Source: Balanoglossus misakiensis (taxonomy: Eukaryota; Animalia; Hemichordata). Taken from it: a stretch of 64,000 nucleotides of DNA. Each line of letters opens with the position of its first letter. Position 1 is the first letter of the stretch. Below, piece by piece: positions 57,338 to 64,000 of the stretch. The position numbers were made by a program, and so were the translations under genes. Location of the stretch: positions 12,747,166 to 12,811,165 of the forward strand of contig CM082584.2 in assembly GCA_040954595.2 (NCBI GenBank), written 5' to 3'. The notes under the pieces were generated by a model. It worked only from the letters and a program-made list of their open reading frames with translations. It was not told the origin of the DNA and ran no database searches.

Positions 57338-59900
57338 CTGTGAACACAAAATGTGAATGGGGATGAAGTTTGAGAAATGAGATTATTAAAATTTTATTAC
57401 CAACCATAGTATTACATATTGGTAAAAGTTATAAAGTTGAGATGTACCAGTAGTATTTAGTAAAAAGGACAATTCTTACAAGTTCATGAACTGGGTGGGG
57501 TTGATAAAATGAATCAGCCAAAAAGTGGCTATCATTCAAGAAACAGACAAAATCAATCACATGAACAGCAGATGACTGTGCAGATCTATCTGATGTATTA
57601 TATGTGCCTTAGGAGGTCACTGATTATTACTGTAATCAGTCACTCATAGATTGGGGAATGTTACGTGATGAATGGAGATCTATATTGTGTCAGAGTCTCT
57701 GTATAGGTGAGTCACACCTGTTGTTTCTCTCTGGGGAGTCTCGTTTTCAAAAGAGCGATTGCATCGACTGAAAACGCCTGCAGGATGTGATTGTAATGTA
57801 CATACATGAGCAATGCGGTTGCTAGCAGTCACAGGCTTTGAATTGTCGCGTCTCACAGTTGGTTTGCAAATGCCGAGTGTTCAATTGTGATGTGCATGTT
57901 CAGGGCCATTTATGTACTTTGCATAGCAAAGCATGTACATGTACACGTCAGCCAAATAATGGATTCCAAGCATTCAAGTTTTGACAATTTTTCTACTTTA
58001 TTTAATATCACCAAGGTCCTGTTCTAAAATTGGTTCAGACCACATCACCACACAATCAATTTTGATAGTCAACCTCTGACTGAGGCCATAACCACCAAAC
58101 ACACACAACAGGTGTATGCAACATATGGAGAAAAATTGACTACCATTAAATTTAGAAGTATATATCTTTGGCCAATAAATGTCAAGTGTTGTTTTAGCAG
58201 TAAAGTTTTTATATGTTGGTATCAGTGGAAAATCCTTGACTGGGGAGGGGGAGATGTAACCGATACTACAGGGTGAACTGTATTTGCACTACATGTAGTT
58301 TTAGTATTAAATATGAGGGGCCAAGGTAAAATCTCTTGTAAGTTGAAAACTTGTTAGGTTCTGTTGAAGGTAAAAATCAAGAACAAGGTACTGGGTTATC
58401 AGAACAAGTCAGGTGTACACAGGTGGCTGGAAATCCGAAGATAATTTAGGATAAGTCTTACAAGCACAAAAACTGTTATCTTGTAATGATTTTACGCCTC
58501 AATTTATTTTGTTCAGGCGAACCACTACGCACATTTAAGAACTTTGTGGTGTCACAATTAAAAGTTACTCAGTGAAGAGAAAAAAAGTTTGGATAATTGC
58601 ACTCAGCATGTAAAAACTCCACACCACTCACATACCACAGCAGCCACACCACACAAAAAATCACCACGTCACGCTGTGCTTCAAAAGAAAAGAGAAGAAT
58701 TCAATGGGTGATATTATCGGATTTGTAAGACAAATCAACCATGTCAAAAGAAAATTTCTGCCGGCACAATTTTGAATGCAGAAAGCGACCCAAATCTAAT
58801 TAATTTGGTCTCGGGTTACACGAGTGAATAGACCCACTTCCTGGGCATGGCCAATTTCACCCTATGGGAGCCTATCCACGGTGAGTTACCGGTCACCCAA
58901 TGACTGTCTTCTCTCTGACGCCTCACGTGCGTACATGTACCCTGTACGAGTAAGTACTGGATTTGTCATCCATCATTCTACAAAGAGCATCTCTACTGTT
59001 GACCTCTGACTTGATCTACAAATTTCAAAAGCTGAAGGGTCAGTTGGGTGTGAGTTTTCACATTTTCTTGTACTTTTGTGCCGACTATCAATAATACAAT
59101 CTGTTCATGCACGACTCACTAAGCACGTTGAAACATTTTCTTCTGTTTGGGAATACCCAGAATGAATACTACCTGTATAGGTAAAGCCTGACTGTATTCC
59201 AATTGATTTGCGCCAAAGTACATGTATCTAAAGTTTTGACAAAATAAATACTAGGTGTACTGGAGACTGAACAAATAAACAAACAAACCAGCAAAGAGAA
59301 AAATATCACTCCTGCTGAAAAATGACACCAAAACAACTTCAGAAATGATGTTGTTCAAGTCCAGATATCAAAACTGCTGACCAGACAGAGGACGAATGTA
59401 ATCATTCACTTTGGGAAGAAACATGTACACCTGATTGTAAAGCACAGGTAACAGAAATGATACCACACAACACCTATCCCTCAGGGCAGCATAGTTTTTT
59501 TAGAAATCAGTGTCTTCACCAACAATGCACCAATTGTGGAGACAGAATACAAGCGAATACCAGTCCACACCATTTCTAAAATTAGTATCTTGATACATTT
59601 ACAATACCTTACAGTTTGACTGACACACTTTTTAAAACTACAATATCGTCAGCTGCATATATCAATAAATATTTAGAAAGAGGGGGTGTGGTAGTATGTT
59701 CATAAAAGAAGTTCAGTTTGCAAATGACAACTTTACGAAATTTCCTCTTAATGAGATCCCTAACTTTCAGAACTGTTCCTCGTGTTCCCCTGAAGAGGAG
59801 GGGGATGTCCTCCCCTAGATATCTCTTTCACATCCCTCGAAACGAAACATCCCGAAACGAAACAATCTGAAAATCCAGCACTGATGGCAACTCTACATAC

Positions 59901-59957
59901 CTGACTAACATATCTCAAAGGCTTGGCTTTGTTTTTGCGAGAAGACTTGAATCCCAT
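59901..59957 (-). CDS. Candidate first coding exon of the RhoGAP (MGFKSSRKNKAKPLRYVSQ)
   Basis: ATG at 59957 and a strong phase-0 donor CAG|GTATGT that matches the phase-0 acceptor at 57337. Confidence 0.45.
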
Positions 59958-62900
59958 ATCTGATATCGACGACCACTATTGACTGAATGCCATCGGAGTG
60001 AAAGACAAACGTGTCAGAATTCACCACTGCTCTCCCGGACTGGGTCACTGACATTTACAGACTGACTTTAAAACTTTAAGTTACATGTGTATATCTTACA
60101 ACTTCGGAGTTTACATGGGTTAAACCACTGCTTACAGGGGTGGTAACTTCCTAGACGCTACAACCATTTTTCCTTGAGATATTGGTGAACATAGCATTAA
60201 ATCACAGAAGAACCTTGAAGGGTAACGAATCATCAAATTTGACAAAAACAGGTGGTTTGACAGTCAAATGAAACAGAAAAAAGGTGAAAATGGTGTACAG
60301 AATTCAGGAATAAGAGAAATCTTGCATAGCGAAATCGTTGGTCGCGTCCCTCCCTGTCTCGGCGCATATCTACACACAGGATAGTGAGTCATAATGGTTG
60401 ATGATGTCATAAGGGTTAAAGGTTGAGTGGTGACCACTGCAAAGTTGACATAACACCGCCATTGACGTCAAACAATGCATAAGAAACATAAGAAACATGA
60501 CAGGTACGCAAGGCGAACCACAAAGCCAATAAAATGCCATTGCATCTAACCGATGAAACTACGCTTTATTTTCTTTTGGGCTTTATAGCGAAATTCTTCT
60601 TGGAAACCGAAACGACAGATACAAAGCAGACAGGATGAGGTCAATTTCACTGCCATGGTCATTGCAGTTTATTAGACTGTTGACCTGGTCTGGCATGGTT
60701 TTTATGTTTACGCTGCTGCGCTGTAGGTCACTCGACCATAATGTTTGACCTGCAGATGACATCTTGCTGGGCAAACATTTTCAAGTAAGAGGAGACTAGG
60801 GCAGTGAAAGTACATGATGTTTCAGTTGACTTTGCTCTCAAGAAGTCATTGATGATTGATTGGAAAATACAAAAGACCTTGAAACTTCACAATACCCACT
60901 GCTTTGAGATGGAGAAAAAGTTTTGACGCATTGACGCAAGTTTAATTTTTGTAAACAGTGGATCTTGTCTTTTTGCATACTGGTACACGTTCATGTAGTT
61001 AGAACAAATGATGGGTTTCTACAATAGCCAAAAGAGTAAAGCTTTTATCCATACTTTGAGATACATGTAGATACATGCATCAGATCAAATTCTTATTTTA
61101 CAAGATTCAAACATTCTCTATCAAGCTATCCATAGCACAACCGATCTCTCTCCCTCTCTCTGGGTCAAAATTTGCCTCAGTGCAGACAGCTGAGTCAATG
61201 ATCCTATCCTATTAAAATTTAACTTCATCTCCTAACAGAACACTACTCTCATTTCTGCACGTAGTCATGTAATGACATTGAAACTGTTACAACCGGTACA
61301 CTAAAACCTGCGATCAAAGTCCTGTCACACACAAGTTCTCCCCCTGGGAAATTAGGATCACCTCAATGAGTTACTGTAGTACTATCAATTAGACGGACAC
61401 AAAACATTGTTAGAGCCATATACATAATTAATATCACCTTGGACATTCAGCTATCATCAGTTATCCTATCCCAGCCTACCTGTCCTCTGAGTGTCACTAA
61501 AGTCTATCGTTCCAATCTGATCAAACAGACACACACACAACATACCAATATTGCCAGGTTATTTATTTATTTTCAGTGTTAAATAAATTAATCAATGCCT
61601 CTTCAGTTCCATAATAAAATACTTATTAATGGACCGGTGTGTTTGGTACTTGTGTTCGATGCAGTTCCAAGGTACCGGCAAAAATTGGATGTTTGGGAGC
61701 AAAAACGGTCACTTCCTGTAGGTCAATTATTGCAACATCATTTTAGAGCAAAAATTCTTAAATTTTGCAAATCAATGAAGCAAAGAATAATCAATGCTTA
61801 CAAGTACCTTCGAGTACTTCCTGTCATTTAAAAGAAAAATAGGAATGCATAATTCATGAGTGTTCAATAGCAGCCTGCTCCTTCAGTCATTTTCACTTCA
61901 TCAACAAATCTGGCACAAAAATTTCAAGGTCGTTATCCAACGGTAACTGTAACTTGAAGATAACAACAAGTCAAGCATTGTCCCAAATAGTTTCCATGTG
62001 AAGTCATTATTCATACATGAAAGATGATGCCTCCGCTCTTCACAGAAAGAACCCAGTGTTTGGAAACAAGACCTCCAAGTCTCATAACACCTACTCACTC
62101 GGTGAAATCTCAAAATACCCGGCTGGGCCAGGGCTGATTGAAATGATGGAAGGCCGGGATCTGCATTCCGGGAATTCATGTAGAAGGCTGAGCATGGAAT
62201 GTACACTTGCTCTTTAGGGGGAGGTGAGATGGAGCGGTTGTTTTGATGTGTGTCTACACGTGTTGATACACAGATAACGATTACATACATGTAGTGTTTA
62301 TGCACCGATGACTATAAAATAATTGGCATATTTCCTCATCTCTGGTGTTTTGGGTGATGAAGCTAATCTCAGATCTCACTGATACCTTATGTTGATATCA
62401 AAATATGTTGAAGCCTTGTGGGATTAAAATAGGTATACTTGTCTCACGTAATTACTAATGACTGCGATAACTTTTCTATTTGTCAAATCTCCCAGTAACC
62501 CTTGCACACTTTGATCAATTCAGCAACACAACAAAAAGTCTGCATGCTAAGAAACAGCAAATCCTTCCATACACTCACTCACTCACTCACTCGTCGGTAA
62601 TACACCCAATTGGGAGAGGGAAAGGATTTTCCACAGACCATGCACATATAAATTGACAACTTTCTGCTCAAACACCAGGCCAAAGGCCAGCTATTTTCTA
62701 CATCCATGAATCAAATAACAAGTTCATACGAAGAGTTCAAGTCCAGCCAGCATGTTTGACAAATGCACACACAACTCTCTTGCATCGCACACAACCTTAA
62801 ATTTATCATGCTGTTGATTTGTTGGAGAGGCCTGGAAAGTCAATAATTCCATTGCCATTCAGAGAATGGCTCTGTAACTGTGCTGGTACTATTTACTGTT

Positions 62901-64000
62901 TGTACAAGCAGTTACTCACTCCACTTCAATTTTTTTCATTTTCAAATTCCTTCGTGTGTGTTAGTAGGTTAAGTGGTGTCCTTCACAGACATTTTAATGA
63001 ACTACAAACATTTTTCTGATTAAGTTCATCACCCATGGCAACCACTTTATGTGCAAATACCAGGATTGGCAAGCAAAATGCTGAATAGAGTATACAGAAC
63101 ATCACAGGTTATATTTTGCATCTTAAAATCCAAATTGAACACTTTCAGGCCCCAAATCACATTTCAGCTTGTTCTATTTCATACACATGTACTGTAGGTG
63201 ACATCGAGCATTCAAAACCACTGGTTTATTTTATCACCAGTCTGAAGGCTACACCACCAAAGTTCAAAGGTCAGACATGAACGAAAGTTATTTTGAGGAA
63301 TGACAAGAGAAGTTTCAGAACAGCTGAATGGTATATATTCAATTTCACATGAGGACAAGGCAGTTTACACTTCTTGCACATGTTTGTAATTTCTTCAGTG
63401 AGTGTTGATATTTCCAAATTCCAACTGGTGCTTTCCTGCCCTTTGGCTCTCCAATCAACACATTATACACACACACACACTCATAGATCATTTGCCTGTT
63501 TGTATCTTGTGTAGTTTCCCTCATCTTCAATGCTACACAGGTGTATGAATGAACACATACATATATACAAAGATTAAACAAAAATGCCAACGTGACTACC
63601 CCTATCCGTGTCGGCATAGTGGAAGAGAAAGATTGTCTGTCATAGTATTTACACCAGTATGTACTATGCCCTGGTTCACTGCACACACATGATGACAACC
63701 TACCTTGAAAACACGAAGCCATCGTCTACTAGTTCTAGTACACAGCTGTCCAAACCTGGAATCCTTTAAATATCTCCCCATCTCACCAAAAGCAAATGTG
63801 CTTAATCTGAACTCAACACTCTGAAAGCAACGCTATATATACTTCACCAAGAGTTTCATACGCAATCGACAATATTTGACAAGTGTCCACACAATTCTAG
63901 GAAATACTGACATTGCACTGATCTTAAAGAATGTGTGTCGAATTCCCACTGCGTTCATTTCGCATACCCGCTGAGGTGAATTCCCATTTACGAAGAATTA

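Overview
Eukaryotic, intron-rich, gene-dense animal DNA, probably from a marine invertebrate (inferred from gene content; species not determinable). Eight spliced protein-coding genes were assembled by hand: the 3' end of a polycystin-1-family channel gene (+), calcyphosin-like (-), a 281-aa class I SAM-dependent methyltransferase largely missed by the ORF track (+), NUP155 (-), SNX30/SNX7 (-), INIP/SOSS-C (+), STK11/LKB1 (-), a WD40-SOCS-box protein (+), and an F-BAR/C1/RhoGAP of the ARHGAP45/29/GMIP family (-) with several candidate alternative first exons. Main points of interest: (1) an orphan housekeeping-type promoter at about 3.9-4.1 kb that points into roughly 1.1 kb of non-coding sequence built from consecutive long helices, whose non-canonical pairs are mostly G-U only on the minus strand, making it a candidate unannotated structured ncRNA; (2) an intron-containing methyltransferase that looks microbial in type; (3) two minor-spliceosome (U12) introns; (4) gene neighbourhoods shared with human (SNX30-INIP head-to-head, STK11 near ARHGAP45). 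No folding software or database searches were run; family calls come from recognised motifs.
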